From an uncultured Acidobacteriota bacterium (GTDB lineage: Bacteria; Acidobacteriota; Vicinamibacteria; Fen-336), in NCBI GenBank assembly GCA_963720545.1, contig OY970399.1, positions 3,648,001-3,712,000 of the forward strand: a DNA stretch of 64,000 nt. The letters run 5' to 3'. A program made the position numbers and the translations under genes. Under the pieces are notes generated by a model, which saw only the letters and a list, made by a program, of their open reading frames with translations, had not been told where the DNA came from and did not search any database. Of the stretch, positions 35,303-45,739 are shown piece by piece; positions within the stretch are counted from its first letter, which is position 1, and the number at the start of each line of letters is the position of its first letter.

Positions 35303-35704
35303 ATGTGGCTGCTGAAGACCGAGCCGGGCGACTACGGTTACGACGATCTCGAGCGCGAGCGGCGCACCATGTGGAACGGGGTGACGAACCCGGTGGCGCT
35401 GCGCAACATGCGCGAGATGCGCAAGGGCGACGAGTGCTTCGTGTATCACACCGGCGGCGAGAAGGCGGTGGTGGGGGTCGCCGAAGTCGAGAAGGCGGCC
35501 TATCCCGATCCGCAGGCCGGCGACGAGCGCATCGTCGCCATCGACATCAAGGCGGTGCGCAAGCTGGCGCGGCCGGTGACGCTCGCCGAGATGAAGGCGA
35601 TGAGCGTGTTCAAGGACAGCCCGCTGGCGCGCCAGGGCCGGCTGTCGGTCGTGCCGCTGACGAAGGCCCAGTGGGCCGCCGTCCTGAATGCGGGTGAGCG
35701 CTAG
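35303..35704 (+). CDS. EVE domain protein
   Basis: WLLKTEP, WNGV.N, YHTG, AYPDP and RLSVVP motifs. Confidence 0.94.
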   Translation: MWLLKTEPGDYGYDDLERERRTMWNGVTNPVALRNMREMRKGDECFVYHTGGEKAVVGVAEVEKAAYPDPQAGDERIVAIDIKAVRKLARPVTLAEMKAMSVFKDSPLARQGRLSVVPLTKAQWAAVLNAGER

Positions 35705-35707
35705 CGG

Positions 35708-36842
35708 CTAGTCGCCCAGGCCCCGCTCCAGGTCGGTGAGCAGGTCGTCCGCGTCCTCGCAGCCGACGCTGATGCGCACCAGCCCGTCGACGATGCCGAG
35801 CGCATCGCGCTCGGGCTGCGTGTAGCCGGCGTGGGTCATGGTGGCGGGATGCGAGATCAGCGTCTCGATGCCGCCGAGGCTCTCGCCAAGCGAGCACAAG
35901 CGCACGCGCGCGCAGCAGCGCGTCGGCCGCCTCGCGGCTGCCCATGTCGAACGAGATGAGCGCGCCGAAGCCGGTCGCCTGGCTCTTGTGCAGCTCGTGT
36001 CCCGGATGGTCGGGGAAGCCGGGCCAGAACACCTTCTGCACCTTGCGGTGGCCGCGCAGGAAGTGCGCCACCGCGCGCGCGTTCTCTTCATGGCGCGGCA
36101 TGCGCAGCGCAAGCGTCTTGGTGCCCCGCAGCACCAGCCAGGAATCGAAGGGTGAGAGGATCGCGCCGGCCGCGTTCTGCACGTACTGCAGCCACCGGCC
36201 ATGCGCCTCGTCGCGCACGATGGCCGCGCCGCCGACGCTGTCCGAGTGGCCGTTCAGGAACTTGGTGGTGGAGTGCACCACGATGTCGGCGCCGAGGCCG
36301 AGCGGCCGCTGGAAGAAAGGGCTGAGGAAGGTGTTGTCCACGACCAGCAGCGCGCCGCGGTCGTGTGCGATCTTCGCCAGGGCGCGGATGTCCACGATCT
36401 TCATCATCGGGTTGGTGGGCGACTCGATCCACAACATCTTGAAGTCGCCGGCGGTGCGCGCGAAGGCTTTGTCGTCGGTGGCATCGACGAAATCGAACGT
36501 CACCCCGTACTGCGACAGGATCTTCGTGAACAGCCTGTGGGTGCCGCCGTAGACGTTGTCGCCCACCACGACGCGCTCGCCCTGCTTGACGAGCGTCAGC
36601 ACGGCGTTGGTCGCCGCCATGCCCGAGGCGAAGCAGTAGGCGTCCACGCCGCGCTCGAGCGCGGCGAGGTTCTTCTCGAGGGTGCGGCGGGTGAGGTTGT
36701 GGGTGCGCGCGTACTCGTAGCCCTTGTGCTCGCCGATGCCCTGCTGCACGTACGTCGAGGTCTGGTAGATCGGCGTGACGATGGCGCCGGTGGTCGGGTC
36801 CGGCTCCTGGCCGGCGTGAATGCAGTCGGTGGCAAAACCCAT
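35708..36842 (-). CDS. Cystathionine gamma-synthase/lyase family, frameshift at ~35910
   Basis: PIYQTSTY, ESPTNP, DNTF and HSTTKFLNGHSD motifs. C-terminus ESLGG..HPATMTH is in another frame. Confidence 0.92.
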
Positions 36843-36857
36843 GTGGTTGCTAGGCTC

Positions 36858-39578
36858 CTATGGCTTGACCTCTTTGCGGCTCAACGCTGCCTCGACCACC
36901 GCGCCAACGGCGTTTTTCGGCGGGTCGAGGCCGAGAAGGTGGCACAGTGTCGGCGCCACGTCCACCTGGCGCAGCGGCCCGAGATCGTCCCCGGCGGGCA
37001 CGCCGGGCCCCGCCATCGAGAAGGCGCCGTGCATCTCCGGACGCTCGGGACCATAAAGATGATCGCCGAAAGGCGCCGCGTTCTCGAACAACGCGCCGCT
37101 CAGCGCGCCAGACGTCTGCACGCCCGGCGCCATGTCGAGATAAACGTCGTCGCCCGCGACCCAGGTCTTTACGACCAGTGGCCGGCCGGCGTCGTCGCGT
37201 GCCTGTGCCAGCGCCTTGCCGACGTCGGCAACGACCTGCGCCGCGTCCGCATCGGCAACGATGCCCTTCGGACGCGACACACGGTTGAGCGAGACGTAGC
37301 CGCTGTTGCTCGGCGAATAAACCGCCCGGGTCCTGGCGAGGTCGAGCGCGCCGGCTTTGTCCACGGCCAGCAGTCCGGCCGCCGCCAGCGCCACGTTGGG
37401 GCGGAAGATCCGGTCGAAGCCCGCAAGGCCGTGGTCGGTCGCGATCGCGACGATCGTCTTGGCGTCGGCCTCCGTCAGCAGCTCGCCCACGTACCCGTCG
37501 ACGACGCGCAGCGCCTGGTCGACATATGGCGCGAGCCGCGCAGCCAGCACCGGGTCGTGATGCGCGAGGTCCTTGTCCATGCGGCCGAGCCAGAGGTGCA
37601 GCGCCTCGTCGGGGTAGGCGAGGTAGGTGATGAGCAGGTCCCACGGCGCCTGATGCGCGGCGAAGTTTGCGACGCGCTGCGACTGGCGGGCGGTGAGAGC
37701 AACCGTCTCGAGATAGCGATTCTCGGCGGTGCCGTCGCCGCCGTCCCAGAGCAGCGTGCCCAGGGCGCCGGTGCGGTACAGCTCGATGGCGCCATTGCCG
37801 CTGGTGCCGCCGGTCGCCCGGAGCGCCGCCGCGTCGAGCCGCGGCCGGGACGCCTTCAGCATGCGGATGCGGGCGCGGTAGAGAAGGAAGTCGGAGCCGT
37901 CCTTCGCGATTTCGTAAAGGCGGAAAAAGGCGCCAGCCGGTCCGCTCGCAACCGTGATCGGCACCTGGCCGAACGCAGACGCGTCCTTCTGCAGGGGCTC
38001 GGCGTGGATGACGGAGCGTCCGCGGGCGTTGCGATCGGCGCTTAGCAGCATGCTGTCGTAGCCGCGGCCGGCACGCTTCGGGTCGTCGTAGAGAAGTGCG
38101 AAGACGGTGGCGCCGCCGGCGGGGAGGCGGCACTCGCGCAGCGCGCCGGCATGCGGCGGCACGTTGGTCCACGAGCGGTCCGCCGCGCCGCAGTCGGTGT
38201 CGCGGCCGCGCAACAGGGCATCGGGCGCGTCGAACGCCTGGAAGCCGTCGATGAGCGTGAGGTTGCGGCTGAAGTTGCCGCCGAAGCGCTTGTCGTCGAA
38301 GTACGGCGCGAACGGGCTGACCTGCGTCGCCTGGGCCACCGTGACCCGCAGGCCCTGGCCCGCTGCCGTTACCCAAAGCGGCTCCGCCCGCAGGCCGGTC
38401 GAGGCGAAGCCCGAGATGCTCTCGTCGAGCGCGGCTCCGGCTGGCACGAACTCATTGCCTTTGATGCCGTGCTCGTCCGGCCAGGCGCCGGTGTAGAGCG
38501 AGGCGTGGCCGGGAGCCGTCTTTGCCGGCTGCGAAACGCGCACCTGGCTGGAGCGCACGCCGCGCGCGCGCAGCGCGGCGAGGTTGGGCATGACGCCGCG
38601 CCGCACCGCGGCGTCGATCAGTGGTCCGGGCGCGCCGTCGATGGTGGCGAGGATCGCCTTCGACTGGCCGCGCACGTAGAGGTGGCGCAGGCGGGGGTCG
38701 AGCGCCGGGCTGCCCGCCGCGAGCCACGCCGCCTGCCAGAAGGAAGCGATGGTCGACGATGTGTCGCTGAGCCGGGTGACGAGCGAATTGCGCTCGCGCC
38801 GGTAGAAACAAGTGAAGTACGCGCCGTCGTAGCGGGGCTCGCCGCCTGCGGCGCCCGGTGTTCCGCGGCAGGCCTTGTCGGCAGCCAACAGCGGCGCCGC
38901 CGCGAGGAATGAGGCGCGCAAGGTCCTGAGGGCGAATACCGCCGGCGCGGGCGGCTGGGTGACGCGCACCGGCCGCAGCCGCAAGCGCAGGTCTGAAGCG
39001 TTGCGGTCGATGAGGTCGTCCTCCCAGCGCGCGTGCACGCCAACCTGGCCGGTGAGCTGGCCGTCGTAATTGGTAACCGCGTGCAGCGGCACGTGCGCGT
39101 CGCCGAGATAGTGCCCGACGGTGCTTGCCGCACGCAGCACGCGTTCGGCATCGCGGGCGCGCAGGGCGTCCACGAGATCGTCGTACGCTTCGGCGAGGCG
39201 CCACGGCAGGCGGCCCTTCTCGGCGGCGTTGGCGCCGTGCCTGCGCAGGTGCTCGGCCTCGTCGTCCGGAATGTCATTGAAGGGATAGCGGCCGAACGCG
39301 TCCATGTCGAGGAAGTGGCCGGGGAATTCGTTCGGCGGCACGCCGGTGGTGCGCCACAGATCGGGGTCGACTGCGTGCTCCACAACCCAGTCGGCGTTTG
39401 CCGTCAGCAGGTCCTTGAGCGGTCCGGGCGGCAGCCCCGCGATGGCGCGCTGCTCGCTGAGGCGATGCGCGGCAAAACCCCAGGCGTGCGCCGCGCGTGG
39501 TGCCGTGAGCGTGAGCAGGCAGGCGCAGGCACCCGTCAGGACGCGCACGAGAAGGCTGGCTGAGGTTGCCGACCGCAT
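36858..39578 (-). CDS. Secreted S1/P1 nuclease-like plus alkaline-phosphatase-superfamily (NPP) fusion
   Basis: Signal peptide ending AHA, then WGFAAH, DPDLW, HYLGDAHVPLH and HARWE; second domain IDG, KTAPGH.SL.TG, PDEALH, TDHG and GDH. Confidence 0.85.
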   Translation of the reverse strand: MRSATSASLLVRVLTGACACLLTLTAPRAAHAWGFAAHRLSEQRAIAGLPPGPLKDLLTANADWVVEHAVDPDLWRTTGVPPNEFPGHFLDMDAFGRYPFNDIPDDEAEHLRRHGANAAEKGRLPWRLAEAYDDLVDALRARDAERVLRAASTVGHYLGDAHVPLHAVTNYDGQLTGQVGVHARWEDDLIDRNASDLRLRLRPVRVTQPPAPAVFALRTLRASFLAAAPLLAADKACRGTPGAAGGEPRYDGAYFTCFYRRERNSLVTRLSDTSSTIASFWQAAWLAAGSPALDPRLRHLYVRGQSKAILATIDGAPGPLIDAAVRRGVMPNLAALRARGVRSSQVRVSQPAKTAPGHASLYTGAWPDEHGIKGNEFVPAGAALDESISGFASTGLRAEPLWVTAAGQGLRVTVAQATQVSPFAPYFDDKRFGGNFSRNLTLIDGFQAFDAPDALLRGRDTDCGAADRSWTNVPPHAGALRECRLPAGGATVFALLYDDPKRAGRGYDSMLLSADRNARGRSVIHAEPLQKDASAFGQVPITVASGPAGAFFRLYEIAKDGSDFLLYRARIRMLKASRPRLDAAALRATGGTSGNGAIELYRTGALGTLLWDGGDGTAENRYLETVALTARQSQRVANFAAHQAPWDLLITYLAYPDEALHLWLGRMDKDLAHHDPVLAARLAPYVDQALRVVDGYVGELLTEADAKTIVAIATDHGLAGFDRIFRPNVALAAAGLLAVDKAGALDLARTRAVYSPSNSGYVSLNRVSRPKGIVADADAAQVVADVGKALAQARDDAGRPLVVKTWVAGDDVYLDMAPGVQTSGALSGALFENAAPFGDHLYGPERPEMHGAFSMAGPGVPAGDDLGPLRQVDVAPTLCHLLGLDPPKNAVGAVVEAALSRKEVKP

Positions 39579-39613
39579 TGCCTGACTTCGAACCGCTATC
39601 CGGGTGGCGCGCG

Positions 39614-40243
39614 TTAGCGAAGCGTGATCGTCAGTGGCACGGACTGGCCGTCGCGCAGCACGACAGCACGGATCTCGCCTTCACCCGCGAGCCGGGAGTA
39701 GAGGGCCGCGAGTGTGGCGACGCTGTCGATGGGCGTGCCGTTGATCTCGGTGAGGACGTCGCCGGGGCGCAACCCGGCGTCGGTGAGCAGCGTCTGGTCG
39801 GCGATGCGCGACAAGGTGAAGCCGGCGATCTTGCCGCCAGGCTCGCGCGCCGGTACCAGTGTCGTCTCGGCGAGGATGCGCGGGATTTCCTGGCCGAGGC
39901 GCTTCTCGACCTCGGCGCGCATCATGACCCGGCCGCCGCGTGCGGGCGCCGGCACCGCGGCCGCGGCGGGAAAACGCGGCGCGGGGGGCACGCCCGCCGT
40001 TTGGGGCAGCCGCACCTCGATTGTCTCGTCGCCGAACTTGAGGGTGACCGAGCCTTCGCTGACGGCAGTGAGAGTGCCGCCGAACGCCGAATCGCCGACG
40101 CCGAGCACGCGCTCGCGGCCGGCCGAACGCAGCACCGCGGAACTGCGAGCGGGATCCGTGTGCTGCACCATGCCGAGCAGCGCCAGGTCGCCAGGAATGG
40201 CGACCGCGGCAGCGACGAGAACGCCGGAAAGTGCGCCCAACAT
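39614..40243 (-). CDS. GspC-like protein with C-terminal PDZ domain
   Basis: HR-like LLG....SAV..LGVGD segment and PDZ GLRPGDVLTEING. Confidence 0.7.
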   Translation of the reverse strand: MLGALSGVLVAAAVAIPGDLALLGMVQHTDPARSSAVLRSAGRERVLGVGDSAFGGTLTAVSEGSVTLKFGDETIEVRLPQTAGVPPAPRFPAAAAVPAPARGGRVMMRAEVEKRLGQEIPRILAETTLVPAREPGGKIAGFTLSRIADQTLLTDAGLRPGDVLTEINGTPIDSVATLAALYSRLAGEGEIRAVVLRDGQSVPLTITLR

Positions 40244-40317
40244 GACCCGTGGTCACGGTACTCCACGCCTCGTCGCGGTGTCAACGAAGCGCCCGGGCGC
40301 GGTGTTAATCTCACGCC

Positions 40318-42375
40318 TTGCCCCGACCGCCGGCCAACACTCCCAGCCGATCCTTCCGATTGTCCGCGGGCCCCCGGCCGGAGGCGCCGGGCGGCGGACC
40401 GCTGCGCTCGCGGCTGCGCGACTTTTTCCTGCGCCGCTGGGCCGGCCGGCTGCTGCTGCTCGCGGTGCCGCTGCTCGTCCTCGAAGCGCTCGGCGTGCGG
40501 GCGTTCGACGGGTTCCACCGCCTGCTGCTCCTCACGCTCGCGGTCGCCTTCGGCTGCTGGTTCGTGCTGCGCCTGTTCGCGGGGCGGCTTTTCTACAAGA
40601 TCCGCACCAAGCTCATCGTTTCCTATCTCTTCATCGCGCTGGTGCCGATTTTCCTGCTGACCATCTTCTTCGTGCTGCAGGCGGTGATCGTTCTCTATGC
40701 CGTCGGCACGCACGTGGTCAGCGCCGAGCTGGAGACGGCGGGCGCCAAGCTGCAGTCGTTCGCCGACACGGCGCTGGTGGTGGAGCGCACCCGCGGCCTG
40801 TCGAAGGCGGAGCTCGAGGACGCGATCGCACCGTCGCGAGCCGTGCATCCGGACATCGCGTACGCCGCGGTCAGCGGCCGGCGCGTGGTGGCGTCGTCGG
40901 GGACGGCGCCGACCGAATTGCCCGCATGGTGGACCGAGAAGCGGCGCGTGAGCCTCGTCGCCGAGGAAGTGGAGGGCGTCACGCGCCTGGTGCTGCGCGC
41001 GGCGGCGCGCGAGGGCGACGCCTTCGTCGTCATCGACGCGCCGGTGGACGCCACTCTGTTCGCGGCACTGCCCGCGCGCGGCCTCACGTTTCAGCAGGTT
41101 GCGGGGCGGATGCCGCGCGACGGCGACAGCCGCGACGACCACGACATCGCCGTGCAGGTGGATGACGACGATCGCGAAGGCGGCGACACCCGGCCGCGGC
41201 TGACCTATCGCGCGCAGGGCGCGCTCGGCGGCATCCCGCTCGGCGTCCTGCCCGACGGCACCGAATGGCAGACCGGCCGCACCGCGTACCAGGCCATCGT
41301 GTTCTGGATGGACCCGCGCGCGTTGATGAGCTATCTCTCGACCAAGAGCTTCCGCACGCCCGACATCGTCCGCTACGTGCTGATCGCCGTCGGCGTGTTC
41401 TTCCTCGCGATGTACGGCGTCGCGCTGCTGCTCGGCTGGTTGCTCGCGCGCTCGATCACCAAGAACGTCTATTCGCTCTCGCAGGGCACCGAACGGCTGC
41501 GCGCCGGCGACTTCACCACGCCGATCCGGGTCACGAGCCACGACCAGCTCGGCGACCTGGCCGAGTCGTTCAACCTGATGGCCGCGGGCATCGAGGACCT
41601 GCTGCGCCAGCAGGCCGAGAAGGAGCGCCTCGAGGAGGAGCTGCGCATCGCGCGCCGCATCCAGATGAGCCTGCTGCCGGCCGCCGGCTTCCTGCAGCTC
41701 GCCGGCGTGCGCATCGCCGCGCTCTGCCTGCCCGCGACCGAAGTGGGCGGCGACTACTACGACCTGCTGCACCTCGGCGGCGACCGGATGGGCGTGCTGG
41801 TCGCCGACGTTTCGGGCAAGGGCACTTCGGCGGCGCTCTACATGGCGGAGCTGAAAGGGCTGGTGCTGTCGCTGTCGCGTATCTACGAATCGCCGGCGCG
41901 GCTGCTGTCGGAAGCGAACCGCATCCTCGCCACCACCCTCGACTCGCGCTCGTTCGTCACCATGACGTACGCGGTGGTGGACGTGCCGGCTGGGCTCATG
42001 CGCTATGCGCGCGCCGGGCACAACCCGATCCTGCACTACGAGCGGGCCACCGGCGCCACCCACGTGCTGATGTCGAACGGCCTCGGCCTCGGCCTCGACA
42101 GCGGCGAGCGCTTCGACGCGATCATCGAGGAGCGTTCCGTGCCGCTGGTGCAGGGCGACGTCTTCCTGCTGTTCACCGACGGCCTCTCCGAGGCGATGAA
42201 CGAAAGCTCCGAGCTGTACGGCGAGCAGCGGCTGCGCGACGTGCTCGAGTCGCAGCGCGCGCACGGGCTCGACGAGGACGCCCTGAAGGACCGCATCCTC
42301 GAAGACATCCGCGCCTTCGTCGGCGACGCCGCGCAGCACGACGACATGACCATGGTCGTATTGAAGGTGGCGTGA
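40318..42375 (+). CDS. Membrane HAMP-domain SpoIIE/RsbU-type phosphatase
   Basis: TM segments, HAMP DQLGDLAESFN, and VGGDYYD, ADVSGKG, FTDG and DDMT motifs. Start uncertain. Confidence 0.93.
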   Translation: MPRPPANTPSRSFRLSAGPRPEAPGGGPLRSRLRDFFLRRWAGRLLLLAVPLLVLEALGVRAFDGFHRLLLLTLAVAFGCWFVLRLFAGRLFYKIRTKLIVSYLFIALVPIFLLTIFFVLQAVIVLYAVGTHVVSAELETAGAKLQSFADTALVVERTRGLSKAELEDAIAPSRAVHPDIAYAAVSGRRVVASSGTAPTELPAWWTEKRRVSLVAEEVEGVTRLVLRAAAREGDAFVVIDAPVDATLFAALPARGLTFQQVAGRMPRDGDSRDDHDIAVQVDDDDREGGDTRPRLTYRAQGALGGIPLGVLPDGTEWQTGRTAYQAIVFWMDPRALMSYLSTKSFRTPDIVRYVLIAVGVFFLAMYGVALLLGWLLARSITKNVYSLSQGTERLRAGDFTTPIRVTSHDQLGDLAESFNLMAAGIEDLLRQQAEKERLEEELRIARRIQMSLLPAAGFLQLAGVRIAALCLPATEVGGDYYDLLHLGGDRMGVLVADVSGKGTSAALYMAELKGLVLSLSRIYESPARLLSEANRILATTLDSRSFVTMTYAVVDVPAGLMRYARAGHNPILHYERATGATHVLMSNGLGLGLDSGERFDAIIEERSVPLVQGDVFLLFTDGLSEAMNESSELYGEQRLRDVLESQRAHGLDEDALKDRILEDIRAFVGDAAQHDDMTMVVLKVA

Positions 42376-42379
42376 AGTC

Positions 42380-43969
42380 ATGGCCGACCTGGTGCTTGTG
42401 GGCGGACGCGTGTGGGCGGGCAAGGGCCTGCCGGCGGCAACCGCGGTCGCGCTGCGCGGCGAACGCGTGCTGGCGGTGGGCAGCGATGCCCAAGTGCGCG
42501 CACTGGCCGGCACCGGGACGCGCGTCGTCGAACTGAAGGGCCGCGCCGTGGTGCCGGGATTCAACGACGCCCACGTCCATTTCCTCGACGGCTCGTTCGG
42601 ACTGCTGTCCGTCGACCTGCGCGACGCGCAGGACGAGCAGGAATTCGCGAAGCGCATCGGCGACTACGCCGCCACCATCCCGGCGGGCGAGTGGATCCTG
42701 CAGGGCAACTGGGACCACGAGAGCTGGCCGTCGCAGGAGCTGCCGACCCGGCAGATGATCGACGCGGTCACCGCGAAGAACCCGGTGTCGGTCACGCGCC
42801 TCGACGGCCACCAGGTGCTCGTCAATTCGCTCGCCCTGAAGCTCGCGGGCATCACCCGCGACACTGCCGATCCGGACGGTGGCACCATCGTGCGCGATGC
42901 CGCAGGCGAACCGACCGGCGTCCTCAAGGACAACGCGCAGGATCTCGTGAGCCGCGCGATCCCGGAGCCGACGCGCGCGCAGAACCTGCGCGCGGCGCGC
43001 GCGGGCCTGGCCGAGGCGGCGCGCCGCGGCGTCACCACCATCCAGGACAACTCCTCGATCGACGCGCTGCCCACTTACCTCGAAATGCAGAAGCGCGGCG
43101 AGCTGACCGCGCGCTTCTCCGTGTGGCGCTACGCCTCCACTTCGCTGGCACCGCTGCTCGCGGCCGGCGTGCGCACCGGCCTCGGCGACGACTGGGTGCG
43201 TCTCGGCGCGCTCAAGATCCTCTGCGACGGCTCGATGGGCGCTGGTACGGCCGCGTTCTTCAAGCCCTATGCCGACGATCCCGCGACCAGCGGCCTGCTG
43301 CTGTTTCCCGTGGCGGAGCTGGAGCGCATGATCGTGGAGGCGGATGCCGCGGGCTTCCAGCTCGCGGTGCACGCGATCGGCGATCGCGCCAACAGCCTGG
43401 TGCTCGACGCATTCCAGAAGGCGGTCGAGCGCAACGGCGCGCGCGAGCGGCGCTTGCGCATCGAACACTCGCAGGTGGTGGCCGCGGCCGACGTCGCTCG
43501 CTACAAGCAGCTCGGGGTGATCGCCTCGATCCAGCCGTCGCACTGCATCGACGACATGCGCTGGGCCGAGCGCCGCATCGGCGAGGCCCGTTCGCACGAT
43601 GCGTACAAGATCGGCGCGTTCGCGAAAGCGGGCGTGCCGATGGCCTTCGGCACCGACTGGTTCGTCGAACCGCTCGACCCGCGTCTCGGCCTGTACGCCG
43701 CAGTGACCCGCGAGTTCGTCGGCGGCGGGCCCGCGGGCGGCTGGCATCCGGACGAAAAAATCAGCCTCGAGGACGCGCTCGACGCCTACACGCGCGGTTC
43801 GGCGTTCGCCGAGTTTGCTGAAGACAGCAAGGGCACGCTTGCGGCGGGCATGCTCGCCGACCTGGTGGTGTTCGGCGCCGATATCTTCGCGCAGCCGCCG
43901 CGCCAGCTTCTCGATACCCCGGTCGACCTGACGATCGTCGGAGGCCGGGTCGTCTACGAACGCAAATGA
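42380..43969 (+). CDS. Amidohydrolase 3 (YtcJ-like)
   Basis: PGFNDAHVH, HAIGDRA, RIEHSQ, FGTDW and GMLADLVV motifs. Confidence 0.94.
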   Translation: MADLVLVGGRVWAGKGLPAATAVALRGERVLAVGSDAQVRALAGTGTRVVELKGRAVVPGFNDAHVHFLDGSFGLLSVDLRDAQDEQEFAKRIGDYAATIPAGEWILQGNWDHESWPSQELPTRQMIDAVTAKNPVSVTRLDGHQVLVNSLALKLAGITRDTADPDGGTIVRDAAGEPTGVLKDNAQDLVSRAIPEPTRAQNLRAARAGLAEAARRGVTTIQDNSSIDALPTYLEMQKRGELTARFSVWRYASTSLAPLLAAGVRTGLGDDWVRLGALKILCDGSMGAGTAAFFKPYADDPATSGLLLFPVAELERMIVEADAAGFQLAVHAIGDRANSLVLDAFQKAVERNGARERRLRIEHSQVVAAADVARYKQLGVIASIQPSHCIDDMRWAERRIGEARSHDAYKIGAFAKAGVPMAFGTDWFVEPLDPRLGLYAAVTREFVGGGPAGGWHPDEKISLEDALDAYTRGSAFAEFAEDSKGTLAAGMLADLVVFGADIFAQPPRQLLDTPVDLTIVGGRVVYERK

Positions 43970-44679
43970 AGCCTGCGCCGCAGCCCTGGGGCGACCTCGA
44001 GCAGGCCCTCGGCCACAGCTTTCGCGACCGCGCGCTGCTGGAGCGGGCACTCACGCATTCGAGCTACGCCAACGAGCGCAAGGACCCGCGCATCCGTGAC
44101 AACGAGGCGTTCGAGTTCCTGGGCGACGCGATCCTCGGCTTTCTCGTTGCCGAGATGCTGCACCGCGCCGACCCCGACGGCAGCGAGGGCGGCAAGAGCC
44201 GCCGACGGGCGGCGTTGGTGCGTGCTACGAGCCTCGCGCAGCGCGCAGAGGCTCTCGGCCTGCCGGCCTTCCTGCGCCTCGACCGCAACGAGGAGCGCAC
44301 CGGCGGCCGGCGCAAGCAGGCCCTCTGGTCGGACGCGTTCGAGGCCGTGCTCGCCGCGATCCACCTCGACGCCGGCATCGACGCCGCGCGTGCCTTCGTA
44401 GAGCGACAGTTCGGCGTGGCGCAACTCGCGGGCAGCGCCCTGGAGCTGGCGCGCGACTTCAAGACCGAACTGCAGGAGCTGCTGCAGGGCCGCGGCCAAC
44501 CCGCGCCCGTGTATCGGGTGCTCAGCGAGGAAGGCCCGCCGCACGCGCGCACCTTCGAGGTGGCGTGCGTCATCGACGGCAAGACCGCGGCGAAAGGCGA
44601 GGGCCGCACCAAGAAGCAGGCGCAGCAGGCCGCCGCGCAGAAAGCGCTCGCGGCCTACGCCACTCGCGCTACTCGATGA
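43966..44679 (+). CDS. rnc: Ribonuclease III
   Basis: [16 protein letters not shown] and DAFEA motifs; dsRBD KTELQE..GPPH. Confidence 0.96.
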   Translation: MKPAPQPWGDLEQALGHSFRDRALLERALTHSSYANERKDPRIRDNEAFEFLGDAILGFLVAEMLHRADPDGSEGGKSRRRAALVRATSLAQRAEALGLPAFLRLDRNEERTGGRRKQALWSDAFEAVLAAIHLDAGIDAARAFVERQFGVAQLAGSALELARDFKTELQELLQGRGQPAPVYRVLSEEGPPHARTFEVACVIDGKTAAKGEGRTKKQAQQAAAQKALAAYATRATR

Positions 44680-45739
44680 CGCCGCCGCCAAGGCACATGT
44701 CGTCGTCGTAAAAAACCGCCGACTGGCCGGGCGTGACCGCGCGCTGCGGCGCGTCGAACGCAACCGCGGCGCGGCCGCCGGCAACGGGCGTGATGGTGGC
44801 GGCGGCCGGTTCGTGGCGATGGCGGATGCGCACCTGGGCGCGCAGGGGCGCCTGCGGCTCCGCGATCGAGAGCCAGTTGACCGATGCCGCACGCAGCGTG
44901 GATGTGCGCAGCTCCTCGTCGTCGCCGACCACCACCGTGGCGGTCTTCGGTTCGATCCGCAGGACGTAGTGGCGCCGGCCGTCGGCGACGCCCAGGCCGC
45001 GCCGCTGGCCGACGGTGAAGTGGTGGATGCCGTCGTGGCTGCCGACGGTCGCGCCGGAGGTCGTCACGATCGCGCCGGGCATCAGCGCCGCGTCGCCCTT
45101 GTGCCTCTCGACGAAACGCGCGTAGTCGCCGTCGGGGACGAAGCAGATCTCCTGGCTCTCCGCCTTCTGCGCGGTCGGCAGGCTTTGCTCCGCGGCGATG
45201 CGCCGCACCTCCGCCTTGGTGAGTTCCCCCACGGGGAAGAGCGCTGAGCGAAGCTGCTCCTGGGTGAGCCCCCAGAGGAAATACGACTGGTCCTTCTCGG
45301 GATCGCGCCCCTTGAAGAGGCGCTGGCGGCCGCTCGCCGGGTCTTCGTCCTTGCGCGCGTAGTGGCCGGTCGCCACGTGCGCGATGCCGAGGTCGCGCGT
45401 CTTCTGCAGCAGGCTGTCGAACTTCACGTCGGTGTTGCAGCGCGAGCAGGGAATCGGCGTCCTGCCTTCGAGGTAGTCCTGGACGAACGGCGCGATCACG
45501 CCGGCCTGGAAAGAGCGCTCGAGGTTCAGCACATAGTGGGGGATGCCGAGCCTCTGCGCCACTGCCTTCGCGTCGTGCAGGTCCTCGAGCGCGCAGCAGC
45601 GGCCGAAGGACGATCCGGAGCCGTGCGTCTGGTCGTGCAACTGCATCGAAATGCCCACCACGTCGTGGCCGGCGTGCTGCATCAGGGCCGCCGCCACGGA
45701 CGAGTCGACGCCGCCCGACATCGCGACCACGACGCGCAT
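44669..45739 (-). CDS. mnmA: tRNA 2-thiouridine(34) synthase
   Basis: [36 protein letters not shown] and TPGQ motifs. Confidence 0.97.
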   Translation of the reverse strand: MRVVVAMSGGVDSSVAAALMQHAGHDVVGISMQLHDQTHGSGSSFGRCCALEDLHDAKAVAQRLGIPHYVLNLERSFQAGVIAPFVQDYLEGRTPIPCSRCNTDVKFDSLLQKTRDLGIAHVATGHYARKDEDPASGRQRLFKGRDPEKDQSYFLWGLTQEQLRSALFPVGELTKAEVRRIAAEQSLPTAQKAESQEICFVPDGDYARFVERHKGDAALMPGAIVTTSGATVGSHDGIHHFTVGQRRGLGVADGRRHYVLRIEPKTATVVVGDDEELRTSTLRAASVNWLSIAEPQAPLRAQVRIRHRHEPAAATITPVAGGRAAVAFDAPQRAVTPGQSAVFYDDDMCLGGGVIE

